A DNA stretch of 64,000 bases from contig CDRNVI010000151.1 in the NCBI GenBank assembly GCA_977017575.1, forward strand, positions 1 to 64,000. The letters are read 5' to 3'. The translations under genes and the position numbers were made by a program. The DNA comes from Paramoeba atlantica (taxonomy: Eukaryota; Protista; Discosea). Below the pieces are notes generated by a model, which saw nothing but the letters and a program-made list of their open reading frames with translations, did no database searches and was not told the DNA's origin. Below are positions 62,401-64,000 of this stretch, in pieces. Within the stretch, counting starts at the first letter, position 1. Every line of letters begins with the position of its first letter.

Positions 62401-64000
62401 AAGAGAAGAGACAATATTCTTATTACAACATTTTTCGTGGGATTTTCACTTTCCTTTCAAAAAGAGAAAAGAGAGAAGAAGAAAGAGATGAAGAAGAGAA
62501 AAGAGAAGAGAGAAGAAGAAAGATAAAAGAAATGGTGGATAAATGGTGGGAAATTGCCAAATTGTATCGAGAAATTGATCTTCATACAGTATCAGAGAAA
62601 GAAAGAGAAAAAGAGAAAGAGAGAGAAAGAGAGAAGGAGAAAGAGAAGGAGAAGAAAGAGAAAGAGAAAGAGAATGAAAAAGAAAAAGAGAAAGAGAAAG
62701 AGAAAGGAGAGGGGGAGAAAGAAGAAGGAGAGAAAGAAGAAAGGGGGATTACTTCTGGGAGACCAAAGAGAGAAGGAGTCCAATCGAAATATTCTTCTCT
62801 CTCTTCTCTGTTTTCTCACAAAAGTAAGAAAGAGAAGGAGAAAGAGAAAGAAATAGAAAAAGAAAAGAGAAATGAAAAAGAAGAAAAAGAAAAAGAAAAA
62901 GAAAAAGAAGAAGAAGAGTCAAAAAGAATTATCCTAAGATCAAAAAGATTATGGAGCCAAAGATATCGACCAAGAAGATGGGATCATGTTGTTGGTAATC
63001 ATCTTTCTGTTGATCGCTTGAGATCTTGGCTTTTGCAATGGTCTTCTTTTGTAGAAGGTTTTTTCTTCTTTTTTTTTTTTGAAAGATTAGTTTCTTTTTG
63101 GTTTTCTTTTTATTTTTTTTATTTTATTTATTTTATTTATTTTATTTATTTTATTTATTTTATTTATTTTTTTATTCATTTATTCATTACTTATTATTCA
63201 TTTTATTCAATTTTCAAAAGGAGGTACAAAAAATACTTTACCATTTGTAAAATGTTTCATTCTCATCGGCCCAAACGGTTCAGCCAAGTCCGCAACAATC
63301 TCCGCCTGTGCAGCCTCTTCTTCCTCTCCCTCTTCTTCTTCTCTCTCTCCCTCTCTCCTCCCTTCTTCTCCCCCTCTCCTCTCTCCCCCGCCCTTTCCTC
63401 TCTCCCCCCCACCATCTCCTTCCCTCTCTCTCAAAACAGACCCAAAACACAACCAACCTCCTTCCTCTCTCTCCTCCTCTCTCTCCTCCTCTCTCTCCTC
63501 ATCTTCTCTCTCCTCCTCCTCTCTCTCCTCCTCTTCTCTCTCTTCTTCCTCTCTCTCTTCTTCCTCTCTCTCTTCTTCCTCTCTCCTTCCCACAAAACAA
63601 GAAATGAGAGTATTAGAAGTGCACGCTGGGATGAACAGAAGTGGAAAATATTTGTTGACTCAAATCGTCGAGGCAACTCAGAGTAAGAAGATTGAAAGAT
63701 TATCTAATAGTGAAGAGAGTCCCTCTTCTTCTTCTTCTCTTTCTTCTTCTTCTTCTTCTTCTTCTTCTTCTTCTTCTTCCTCTCTTTCTTCTTCTTCTAC
63801 TGCTTCGCTTTCCTCTTCTTCGCTTTTGTCTTCTATTTCTGCTTCGAATCCTCTTTCTTCTGGGGATGGTTCTGAGAAAAAGGTTCTTTTCTTTTCTTTT
63901 TTTCCTTCTTTCTTTTCTTCTGTATGAATAATTTAATCTTTTTAGACTATTCGATTGAAGTTTATATTTCCATCTGATTCTTCCTCCTCCTCTTCTTCCT
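59475..64000 (+). CDS. ATAD5: ATAD5/Elg1 RFC-like clamp unloader large subunit, 5' part (runs off the window)
   Basis: LWSQRYRPRRWDHVVGNHLSVDRLRSWLLQW and VLEVHAGMNRSGKYLLTQIVEATQSKKI match the RFC box and the ATAD5 'EVNAS..RSG..L..EATQS' pattern; long low-complexity N-terminus. Confidence 0.8.

Overview
Left end of a chromosome from an AT-rich, intron-rich eukaryote. Its gene set looks amoebozoan-like (Frizzled/Smoothened-like GPCR, Venus-flytrap protein, Dictyostelium-type PP2C); this is an inference. About 103 copies of the telomere repeat CCCTAAA (1-726) are followed by a 17.7-kb block bounded by two ~214-bp direct repeats (1067-1281, 18806-19020) that end in telomere-like sequence. The block holds one hidden reading frame (8166->1306, minus) that the ORF track splits into seven pieces. 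It reads as Zn-finger-like N-terminus + tyrosine-recombinase motifs + RecQ-like DEAH helicase + Cys-rich tail. It is broken only by ten in-frame TGA codons and a 444-bp SINE-like insertion with a target-site duplication. The block also carries a decayed 2OG-Fe(II) oxygenase, two ~178-bp tandem arrays and a 1.6-kb duplication. Then come CpG-free retroelement relics (Ty3/gypsy, non-LTR with RNase H) and a ~25-exon gene with one ankyrin repeat per exon. From ~33 kb onward are ordinary spliced host genes in the standard code, including THG1, a METTL21-like methyltransferase, a PP2C-like phosphatase and ATAD5. All translations and alignments were done by eye; no database searches were run.
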